DNA of 32,902 nucleotides, from the IMG/VR virus record IMGVR_UViG_3300025120_000267, positions 1-32,902 of that record. The stretch is one strand, 5' to 3'. The notes under the pieces are model-generated. The model was not told the DNA's origin and made no database searches. It was given only the letters and a program-made list of their open reading frames with translations. This document shows, piece by piece, positions 8,920 to 18,600 of the stretch; within the stretch, counting starts at the first letter, position 1, and each line of letters begins with the position of its first letter. The DNA is from a virus. Taxonomy: Duplodnaviria > Caudoviricetes. Both the position numbers and the translations under genes were made by a program.

Positions 8920-9567
8920 ATGGCAATTAGCGTAACAGAAATTCTAGGAACGGATTCATTATCAGGATCAAGGCTCGTTATCAATGATAACTTCAATGTT
9001 CTTGCTAGTGAGATTAATTCTATGGAGGTGTATTTTGCACCATCAGCCGGTACAATTACAAATTTAAATAATGTATCTACTGAAGCATTAAGAGTAGGTT
9101 TAAGTACCATATTATTAGACATTAATGCAAGTACATTTGACATTCTTACTAATGTAAAAATGACAGGTAATTTAAATATGAACTTTGGTGGAATATTTAG
9201 AAATGATACAAGTCCAACAACTCAAAATGATACTTTAGCAGGTGCAGGTATGACTTTAGATCTTGGAGCAACAGGAGCAATCCCAGCATACTCAATTTTT
9301 AGAGTTGGTAATAGTGATACTACTAATAATTTAGTAATATCTTTATTTAATGGTAGCATTGGACAAGAATTATTTCTTATCTATGCAGAATCACAAACAG
9401 GTACAGTAAGAGTTAATGGTGTGGCAAATAACTTAGTGTTAACTGGTGCAGGAACTAACTTGGACTTAACAGCATTAGGACAAAGTGTTCACCTATTATG
9501 TATTGACAATGGATCAGGCGTTGGAGTTTGGTATGTTGTTGGTGGAACAGGATATACAGTATCATAA
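8920..9567 (+). CDS. Short trimeric fibre/baseplate adaptor-like structural protein
   Basis: N-terminus EILGTDSLSGSRLVINDNFNVL resembles the gp9/gp10-type attachment motif (D.L......IN.NF..L). The beta-rich C-terminal domain ends in SVHLLC...WYVVG. Confidence 0.55.
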   Translation: MAISVTEILGTDSLSGSRLVINDNFNVLASEINSMEVYFAPSAGTITNLNNVSTEALRVGLSTILLDINASTFDILTNVKMTGNLNMNFGGIFRNDTSPTTQNDTLAGAGMTLDLGATGAIPAYSIFRVGNSDTTNNLVISLFNGSIGQELFLIYAESQTGTVRVNGVANNLVLTGAGTNLDLTALGQSVHLLCIDNGSGVGVWYVVGGTGYTVS

Positions 9568-9584
9568 CAATAAAGAATTAACAC

Positions 9585-11705
9585 ATGGCAACAACGCCCT
9601 TAATTAGAACACCCCAAGCAGATGGTGGAACTTTTTACACGTTCTCCTCATCAGCTAAAGACTTGTCTAGGACTATCAATAATGATGATCTTAAATTAGT
9701 CTTTTCTAAGTTTGTGCTTCTTAATCTACCAGATTTTGATAGATTAGATCCAAACACATTTAGTAATTTTCAAAACTATATGCAGTTTGATACAATTGAT
9801 GGTGCTATATGGAATGGTGGATTAAAAGGTGATCCTAATGTTAATTTCACAGAGAGTCTTCAGAATTACGCGCTAAATTTAGAAGAGCTTATTATAAGTG
9901 ATGCTGGTTATGATAACACCACAAACCTAACAGTTACTGAAAGAGTATTTTTTAAATGGCTTAAAGAATGTGGAGCCATGAGATTTAGAGAAGCTACTGC
10001 GCTTGAACAATCAGGCACAGTTACTGATAAAAGATTTTGTGAAGAGAATGAAATTATTAGTGGCCCAAGACAATATAGAAGAGTAGTAAAGTATATAGGT
10101 GAAATTGATATTGTAAATAATGTAAATAAAGCCGGTGAATCTTATACTGAATTATATATTAATGTACCTACTGAAGTGGGTAGAACACCTACAGTCCTCT
10201 TTGATTCTATATCTGATACGAATTACAGTCCATCATTACAAATAAAAGGAACAAGTGAATATATCATGGGGAGAAATGCTTCTACTGTACATCCGCAAGG
10301 ATTGGACATATTAGCATATTATGATTATGATCAACAGTTAGAAGGATTAGGTCCAGCAGGGTACACAGATCCTGATGCCGATTGGATGGGATTAGGTCCA
10401 GGTAAAACTACTACAGTTGCCGATGCTTATTTTACAGAACCATCAACATTTGAAAGCGTTCTTAATGTTAACATACAAAAATATCCAGCAGATTATAATA
10501 ATCCTAGTGGTTATTCTGGTTCTGCTTATGTAAGATCTCAGCTTGACGGAATATCAATTGATTTTAATCCTGCTGATTATCAACAGATTGCTACAAACCA
10601 AAATATAAGTACTATACCACAATTCAATGGTACTGATTTAGCAGAGTCATTTGAATTTAATGCTGTATTGGTTTATTATGATATGGTTGACTTAAGTGAT
10701 TCTTCTAAAACAAAAACTAATTTATACGGTATTTTACTTTTGGATAATATTACTCCTACAACGGACGGTGGATTTATACAAAGATATCCAAAATATAAAC
10801 CTAATCCTACGACAGGGCAAAATGGTAATAGTTATGGATTTAAAATAAATTTAAGATTTGACGCGTCTCCAGGTTCTGCAGGTATTGATACAATTGTAAA
10901 TGATTACAATACTTTTTCTATGGGACTGTTTTCAGATGCGTCTGCACAGCTTCAAACATCAGCTCAAATATTTCAAAGACAGCAATTAGAAATAGCAGAT
11001 TTAGAAACTAAAATGACTGCTGTTGAAAATACACTAAATTCAGTATCTACTTCAGCATTCTTACAATCTCAAATTAATAATATGCAAACCCAGATTGATA
11101 ATGCATCACTGGCTTTTGCAAGTAGTACAACATTATTAGATTTAATTGCAAAAAATGCAGATGAAATTCAATCATTAGCTAATGGAAATGTTTCTCAAAC
11201 CTTACAATATAATACTGATGTAGTAAGACAAGGCACAGGAATAACAGTAGATACAAATACTCCTAATCAGATACACGTTTCTAATAATGTTCAAGCATAT
11301 AATTTAATGGTACCTTTAGATAATGCAGATGTTCAAATAACAAAAACCAATCCTATTAATTTAAATGTAGTAGCCCCGGAAGTATTTGCAGACCTATTAA
11401 CATATACTAATATGTTAAGAATAGATACTATAAATACTGCAGGTGGTGATTTGGAAATTTATATAGATGATACAGATATTCAGTGGAGAACTGGACAAAC
11501 TTTGAGGTTAACATTTAACAATGTTCCTTTATTAGGATCAAGAAATATTAAAATTTATACAGATTCACCAAGCCGATTAAATTCAGGATCATTTGGTAAA
11601 TTAGCAGCAACTATACCTAATGCAGATCTTAGTACCTTACCGATCATTGATTTGATCTGTACTGAACAAGGGGTGTTAAACTTTGTATACGATATAATTA
11701 AATAA
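9585..11705 (+). CDS. Hypothetical virion structural protein with central coiled coil
   Basis: 706 aa in the structural module. A heptad-rich segment (QQLEIADLETKMTAVENTLNS...LQSQINNMQTQIDNA) is followed by a beta-rich C-terminal domain. Confidence 0.6.
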   Translation: MATTPLIRTPQADGGTFYTFSSSAKDLSRTINNDDLKLVFSKFVLLNLPDFDRLDPNTFSNFQNYMQFDTIDGAIWNGGLKGDPNVNFTESLQNYALNLEELIISDAGYDNTTNLTVTERVFFKWLKECGAMRFREATALEQSGTVTDKRFCEENEIISGPRQYRRVVKYIGEIDIVNNVNKAGESYTELYINVPTEVGRTPTVLFDSISDTNYSPSLQIKGTSEYIMGRNASTVHPQGLDILAYYDYDQQLEGLGPAGYTDPDADWMGLGPGKTTTVADAYFTEPSTFESVLNVNIQKYPADYNNPSGYSGSAYVRSQLDGISIDFNPADYQQIATNQNISTIPQFNGTDLAESFEFNAVLVYYDMVDLSDSSKTKTNLYGILLLDNITPTTDGGFIQRYPKYKPNPTTGQNGNSYGFKINLRFDASPGSAGIDTIVNDYNTFSMGLFSDASAQLQTSAQIFQRQQLEIADLETKMTAVENTLNSVSTSAFLQSQINNMQTQIDNASLAFASSTTLLDLIAKNADEIQSLANGNVSQTLQYNTDVVRQGTGITVDTNTPNQIHVSNNVQAYNLMVPLDNADVQITKTNPINLNVVAPEVFADLLTYTNMLRIDTINTAGGDLEIYIDDTDIQWRTGQTLRLTFNNVPLLGSRNIKIYTDSPSRLNSGSFGKLAATIPNADLSTLPIIDLICTEQGVLNFVYDIIK

Positions 11706-11727
11706 ATAATAAAAGTAAACCTAGATA

Positions 11728-14700
11728 ATGGCGGAAAATAATTCAATACAAACATTACTACCTGAGTTGTTAAGACTTTTTAACAATTCGTTGGAGAGCT
11801 TTGAAAAAGTAAATCAAGCTATTACTTCAAGCAGAGAGTCAGTAACCGTTAATATCCAAAATCAAAATGGAACTAATTCCAGAGTAACTATTCCAAGCTT
11901 TGGATTCCTTAAAAATTCTGTTGATAGATTACAGACAAATATTAATACTATTACCAATTTTAATGATTCTAATAGTTCAATAAGATTACCTGATGGTACA
12001 TTTAGAAAATTGGTTTTAGCTAAGCTTCCAACTGAGGCTGCTGATTTAACTGAAATGACTTCTGTGAATCAATTTAATGTAAAACCTAATTGGTTTTTTG
12101 AAGAACTAATTAATCCATTATTATTTGTTTCATTTGATATAACAGGCCAAGCGCCTATTGATACTGAAAGATGTATTGTTAAAAGATTTATTTTAGATAC
12201 TAATTCACAAAGCAAAATTAACTTTTTTAATTCAAGCTACAACGGTGCGGCAAACATAGACTATGATACTTTTATTCAACAGTTAGTAGAAAAGAATATC
12301 TCATATGTTTTAGATGAAGCTGTAGTAGATTTACCACCGAGAGATTTAAGATATTCTGGTAAATTTGGTGTTACAAGAATTGGTGAAGAGAATGTTACTG
12401 AAACTGTAAACGGGGTAGAACAAACTGTTACACAAAAATTATATAAACTTAATAAAATATTTTATACGGATTCTGAAGCCGATTTTGATGATACTATACA
12501 ACTTAAAGTAGGAGATAGTTTAGAAGTAGTGTCAGATCCTATTGATACGAGATATACCGTAACACAAATTGATAGTAGTACTAATTCTGTTACTGTAAGA
12601 TTACAAGAAGGAAGTAGAACAATAAGTATAGGTGCTGATGTTTTAAAAATTGGATCATCTCTCAATGATGAATTAGAGGTTGATGTTACAGTAGGTTTTG
12701 GAGAAAGGTGTGTAACTTTTATTAAACCTATTGATCCGGATTCTAAAATACCTGCAGTTAATTGGTCACCAGGAAGTGGTTTCTTTACTAATGATTTAAA
12801 TACTATTGATGCTGCTGGCAATCAACAAAGCTTAGCTGATTATTATCAACAGAGTGCTATAGATTTTGGAAGATATTTACTTTCTTTTGCTCAAGATAAA
12901 ATTCCAACGAGTAAAGAAGGCTTGGTTCCTAATTCACCGAATTTATCTGCTGATAATTTTACTGTATCTTTAATTAATGGGCAGGTAAGTAATTCTGATG
13001 CTATAGTTCAACTTAAAGATTTAAATAATCAAAAGAATACAAATCAAGCTACATTAACAGAATTAGATACTGCGATTTCTCAGAGTAGAGCTAAGATACA
13101 GACAACTAATTATAATACTGAAGTTGAAAGAGATGCTGATAAAAATGCTTTACAAGGTCTTATAACCGAAAGGGCATCTACTGCCAAATTATACGCTTCT
13201 GTTGTAACTGAGATAGATGCATCATCTAAAGATAATTCTATAAATAGCATAACACCTAAATATAGAGTAAGAGGGTTCTGGGCGATGCCTGAAGAAAAAT
13301 CAGCACCTGCCACAGGTGTTCAAGACATTATTAGATTTAAATATCGTTATAGGTATCTTTCTGCTGATGGTACTGCTAACCCAGTAGATCAGTATACTTT
13401 TGTTGATGGTAGTGGTACAAGCCAAGGGGCGTTTTCAAATTATGTAATAGCTGATAGTGTATTAAGGCCTAGGGTTAAGGATGCATTAACTGGTTTATAT
13501 GAATGGGCTCCTATTGATGATGATAATGCAGATTCAGTTAATATAAATCAATTAGACATTCCTATTAGAAAAGGTGAACAGGTAGAAGTACAAGTAAAGT
13601 CTATTTCAGAAGCAGGATGGCCATCTAATCCATTAGAGAGTGAATATAGTACAGCCATAAGAATTGAATTTCCTGCTGATTTAAGTTCTGATAATGCAGT
13701 AGAAGCTATCTTAGCACAAAATCAAGAAGATTTAGCAAAGGTAACTTTACAAGAAGAATTAGAAGGTATAGGATTATATACTCACTTAAGTAGTTCCTTT
13801 ACTGCTAATGAAACATACTTTGCTCATTCAACACCAGTAATTGCATCTGGTTTTTTATCAGAAAATCAAACACCAATTGATTTATTTACAAAATTACAGG
13901 AAATGCAAAACCAGTTAGATTTGTTTGCTGAGTTATTAAGCAATGCACAAGGTGAAATGGTGACTACATTAATAGATGATCAAGGTAATACAACAAGGCT
14001 GGCTAGAAATTCTGTAACAAAAGTATTTGCTGGTTTCTATTCACAAGAGGTTGATGGTTTAGATGATCCTAGAGGTGCTATTATATCTAAAACATATTTT
14101 ATTAATATAGGTAATAAATCACAAACGGTATTACAACTAATCTCTAGAATGGCTGGTGGTAGAACAAGAATGGTAAGACAATCAGAAAATCCAGGATCTT
14201 ATACTAATACTAATACAACTAGTTTAGATAATGGATCTACAATTTTACCAGCTACATATACCTGGTTGGATAATAGCCAAGCAAACCAAAGTAACAGTAG
14301 AGCAACGTATAGAGGGGATGATGTAGATTATAACACTATAAGAAAATATGATTTAACTCCGCTTCTTTTAACAAACCCTACAGTAACTGCTACAACAAAA
14401 TATGGACAAACAGTTTCATTAGGACCGTTTCAATCAACACAAAATAAGAATCAATTTATTTATAGTAGGTTTTCTGATGTAGCATCGGATGGTAATTTTT
14501 ACAGTTACATAAATCCTAGTAATGATTATACTTTTAATTTAGATACTTTAGAAAATTTTTATGGTAGAACTACAGATACTGGTGTTTCTACCCCGGCTAC
14601 TGAATTTATTTGGAGTGGTGGTTTTACACAAGCTGGTGTGCCAACTACTTCTCCTAGTTATCAAGGAGGAAATGATGATACTGTTGAGGTTTCAATTGCA

Positions 14701-15615
14701 CACCCTAATCTTAAAAACTATAATGCATATAAGGCTGCATATGAGGCGTTAACAGGTGATCTCGTTACCTTACCGTTATTATCGGCATTGCCTGTTACAG
14801 GTATTGATTGTACTAATGCTGTTGCCGCAAACGGAACGGCAGCGGTATTATTTAGACAATCTAAATTTTCACCATTAAAGATTGATGATACTTTTGGGGA
14901 AAGCCAAGGAATTTATCTAAACGAGAACGTTACAGATTTATATTTATTATCTCCGGCGGGTGGTGGACTTTTAAATCCTTCTTTTGATACATCTCAGGTA
15001 TTACAAGCTAGCCCGACATTAATTAAAATTCCACCACTATGGGATACGACTAATGCAGGTTATGTTAATTTTAGCAGAAATGCAAAAACTTCATTTGATA
15101 ATTTTGATCAATTTACATTAGGGAAAAAATCATGTGGTTCATATCTATTTGTTTCAGCAGATGATCATGAGACTGTTCAAGTAGAGGGTGATTCTGTACA
15201 ATCATATAAATTTGTTCAGTTTGGCCAACAAAATTCTTTAAATATTCCTTTAGTGTTTCAATATAGAATGACTGATTATTTTGGTTTAACTACCGGTAGT
15301 GGTTTAGGTAATATTGCAGGAGACGACTCAGGTTCTACTGTTAATTTAACTTATTCTAAAAAAATAGGATTTGATATTTATCCAAATAATTCAGATGTAG
15401 TACAATTTGATGTTGAAGTATTTGCTAAATATCGTTCTGATAGATTAAGTATTGATAATTTCCCTCAAGCAACGGTGACAAAAGGATTAAATGATTTGGA
15501 ACAAGTAGTAGCAGGATTAAGACCATCGTTACAACAAACGGGGTCTGCTTTCTCTGGAGGCCGCCAAAGATTCCTTACTAATGTTGATGGTGGATTTGGA
15601 CCTTTGGATTCGTAG
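11728..15615 (+). CDS. Large hypothetical virion (baseplate/tail) protein
   Basis: 1295-aa intact ORF with two coiled-coil stretches (LKDLNNQKNTNQATLTELDTAISQ; LFTKLQEMQNQLDLF), an FN3-like segment (VEVQVKSISEAGWPSNPLESEYS) and a Thr/Gly/Asn-rich variable region. Confidence 0.6.
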   Translation: MAENNSIQTLLPELLRLFNNSLESFEKVNQAITSSRESVTVNIQNQNGTNSRVTIPSFGFLKNSVDRLQTNINTITNFNDSNSSIRLPDGTFRKLVLAKLPTEAADLTEMTSVNQFNVKPNWFFEELINPLLFVSFDITGQAPIDTERCIVKRFILDTNSQSKINFFNSSYNGAANIDYDTFIQQLVEKNISYVLDEAVVDLPPRDLRYSGKFGVTRIGEENVTETVNGVEQTVTQKLYKLNKIFYTDSEADFDDTIQLKVGDSLEVVSDPIDTRYTVTQIDSSTNSVTVRLQEGSRTISIGADVLKIGSSLNDELEVDVTVGFGERCVTFIKPIDPDSKIPAVNWSPGSGFFTNDLNTIDAAGNQQSLADYYQQSAIDFGRYLLSFAQDKIPTSKEGLVPNSPNLSADNFTVSLINGQVSNSDAIVQLKDLNNQKNTNQATLTELDTAISQSRAKIQTTNYNTEVERDADKNALQGLITERASTAKLYASVVTEIDASSKDNSINSITPKYRVRGFWAMPEEKSAPATGVQDIIRFKYRYRYLSADGTANPVDQYTFVDGSGTSQGAFSNYVIADSVLRPRVKDALTGLYEWAPIDDDNADSVNINQLDIPIRKGEQVEVQVKSISEAGWPSNPLESEYSTAIRIEFPADLSSDNAVEAILAQNQEDLAKVTLQEELEGIGLYTHLSSSFTANETYFAHSTPVIASGFLSENQTPIDLFTKLQEMQNQLDLFAELLSNAQGEMVTTLIDDQGNTTRLARNSVTKVFAGFYSQEVDGLDDPRGAIISKTYFINIGNKSQTVLQLISRMAGGRTRMVRQSENPGSYTNTNTTSLDNGSTILPATYTWLDNSQANQSNSRATYRGDDVDYNTIRKYDLTPLLLTNPTVTATTKYGQTVSLGPFQSTQNKNQFIYSRFSDVASDGNFYSYINPSNDYTFNLDTLENFYGRTTDTGVSTPATEFIWSGGFTQAGVPTTSPSYQGGNDDTVEVSIAHPNLKNYNAYKAAYEALTGDLVTLPLLSALPVTGIDCTNAVAANGTAAVLFRQSKFSPLKIDDTFGESQGIYLNENVTDLYLLSPAGGGLLNPSFDTSQVLQASPTLIKIPPLWDTTNAGYVNFSRNAKTSFDNFDQFTLGKKSCGSYLFVSADDHETVQVEGDSVQSYKFVQFGQQNSLNIPLVFQYRMTDYFGLTTGSGLGNIAGDDSGSTVNLTYSKKIGFDIYPNNSDVVQFDVEVFAKYRSDRLSIDNFPQATVTKGLNDLEQVVAGLRPSLQQTGSAFSGGRQRFLTNVDGGFGPLDS

Positions 15616-15635
15616 ATTATTTAACTTTATCTTTG
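15603..15635 (+). promoter_or_regulatory. Possible Bacteroidota-type primary-sigma promoter (TTTG-N21-TATCTTTG)
   Basis: Matches the -33 TTTG / -7 TAnnTTTG consensus with 21-nt spacing, upstream of the 1671-aa gene. Confidence 0.35.
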
Positions 15636-15637
15636 GT

Positions 15638-15647
15638 GAATAAATAA
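15638..15647 (+). promoter_or_regulatory. Putative late promoter motif (GAATAAATAA)
   Basis: Intergenic ATAWATA motif in the loop of a 9-bp inverted repeat. Confidence 0.45.
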
Positions 15648-15663
15648 AAAAAGTGAAAGATAA

Positions 15664-18600
15664 ATGGCTCAAAACCTGCTTGATAAAGCATCATATAGTG
15701 TAGTTCGGACTAATCCTAAATTAACAGGTAATGTAAAAGTTGTATCTGATGGTACAGATATTTACTTGGAATCTTTTAGTGCCAATACCAGATTGTCTTC
15801 TCAAAGATATAAAGCATTTAAAGTAGATGGAAGTAATACATACGACCAAGATGTATTTAGATTTTTTAATTCAGGTAAATTTCCAAAAGAAGCAGCATAT
15901 CAAGTGTTCCAAGAATTTGAAGATACTTCAGTTTTAAGTTCTTATTCAAATCAATATGAAATGTTTTATGCTGCAGGTACACGGTCCGTAGCATCTGAAA
16001 GCTATAGCCAAAGTTTAGGTACATTAGCACCTCTTTGGTTAAATGAACAAATACCTAATTATTTTGTAATTTTTAGATTAGATAATCCTGCGGCTGTTAA
16101 TAATATAAATGCAGCTACCGAAAATGCCGGTTCTGTTAATGCTCAAACTTCTGCTAATTTTTCAAAACAAGTTTTAGAGAATTGCACAGCAATTAAAACT
16201 TTTGATTTATCTGAAGGTACTACGCTAGGATCTTATATTAGAAATTATAGAAATCAAGAAGAATTTCCAGAAGTACCATTAACTATTAGTTGGAGAAAAG
16301 ATGAACCTATACTGTGGAATGGAATTAATTATAATAAGGGCGGTTTTACTAGTAGCGGAAGTTATGCATACGGTGATTTAATTACGAAGGATGCTACTAT
16401 AATAGAAAATGAATACTTCTTTACACAAGGGTTTCAGAATAATGGTGTTTTATTAGCAAATCTTTTAAATTTAGAATTTTTATTTGATGATGTAAATGCA
16501 CCAGAATATTCTATTAATAGATATTTTGGAATGTATGTTAATGAAATAGAAGAAGGTAACTTTGATCTATCTGGTATTGGTTTTTTTAAAAATACAGAAA
16601 AAAGCCAATTACCTACAATAAAAACAATAACAGAAGTATCTCAATTTTTAAATACTCCTTTTGAAATAACTAACGAAGAAGGTATTTTACTTTTCTTAGA
16701 TCCTAATAAAACTACAACAGTTACAGGATTACCTACTCCTACAAGAGTTAATGAAGTTGAATCTGTTTTTTATGTTAAGGATAAAGAAGATGATTTTCAT
16801 ACTATCAAAAAAGGATCTAGGTGGGATAAAGACCAATTAAGATTATTCGACAAGAAAATTGATATTTCTTTGCTGACTGGTTATAAAGAACCTGATACAT
16901 ATGCTAACGCATCATTAATAAGTAGACAAGGGAAGGCACAAATGAATATGAAGATTGTAGGTAATCCTGCAAAAATTCCAGCTCCACCGGGAACTGCTCT
17001 TGCAGGGGTTGGGCCATGGCCTATACCTGCAGGTAATCAAGTAGTAAGTGCAGGAAGTACTGTTCAAGTTTATTCACCTTCTGGTAATATACTTATAGGA
17101 TCGATATTTACAACTAATACCGCAAGTGGTGTAGTTCCTGTAGATACTATTGTACAAACAGTATCTTATAATTATACTGGTTTAACTTCGTCGCCTAGTT
17201 ATCCTGTTATAGTTTCTATAACTTTAAATAATGATGTTACTTTAGACAATAACAGTTCCGTTATATTTACATCACCTAATCCTATAATTGATCAAGTACC
17301 TGATGGATCTACTATTAAATTTTACGATGGTGTTGAATTAACAGGTATGATAACCGCTAGCCGTGCAATGGTGCCAACCCCAGGAAAATCTAATCAATAC
17401 TTTTTTAATCCTAGTGGAACTGTTCAAGAAGTTGCACAGGCAATGACAACTGCTATTAATAGGGGTATAAGTGAAAATAAAAGATTCTTTAGTGCATCTA
17501 TTAATAATGATACTGTCTATGTTATTTCTAGGTTTGGTGGTAGTAGATTTAATCAGTTAAATTTTAAAATGGATTTAGGCTATCCATTACAAACTACAAA
17601 TATAACAACATATCCTTTAACGTCTGCATCTGATTTATCCAAAAACTTTGTAGGTGGTAATGATACAGAAAATGCATTATTAAAAGTAGAGCTAGGAGAC
17701 CAAGAAAGATTTATAAAAGGTAATTTTGTAGAGTCAACTGGTGGTTATGCAGAAATTGGAAATTTTGTACCTTATACAGACGAGCCTATTTATGATGGCT
17801 TAAATAATCAAATAGGTTATACTGATATTGAAAAATATGTTATTCTTACTTGTAATGATAATCAGATAATGATTACTGGATCAAACCAGGTTGCATTATA
17901 TTCTGATTACAAACCTTCGTTCGGTAGGTTCTCATTTTTTGATGTTAGGGATTTTGATGTAGATTTTTATAGTAATCTTTACAGCCAGGAAGGTGAATTA
18001 ACTTTTGAGAAAGCTGAATATAATCAATCAGTACCAGGATTAAGTGGGCCTGATTATACAGGAATAAGTTCTACACCAGAGATAAGAGAATTTTATGATA
18101 CGGGTGGATTTTTTAATTTAGTAGGTTTATTAAAACCTTCATCACCTGACAATGTGGTCCAAGATTATATAGCATCTGAGTACATTAGGCTAGAGGAAAA
18201 CTTTTTAACTTCACAGGCTACTATTTCTAGGATAATTCCATATATTAATAAATGGTCTTGGTTAAATGATGGTAAAGATGTTAGGAATCATCCTTATAGA
18301 TTAGATTTGAGTGAATCTTTTGGGCTGAATAATTTTGCACCATCTAAATGGGATAGAGGGCAAAATGCTAGTGGTTATACTCATGAGTGGTATTACTTAG
18401 CAGAGTTTCCAACATATTTTACACAGGATGCTATTAAGAGCTCATGGAGTTATATTGATACTGCACCGGTAGATGATATCCCAGCAAATACATTAACTGG
18501 CCAGGCGTATGTACCAGGTACATTTCAAAGAGTTGACAAAAATTATTTTAATGATTATTTTATTGTAGAAAAATTTACTACCGGTGGTATAACTGAAATT

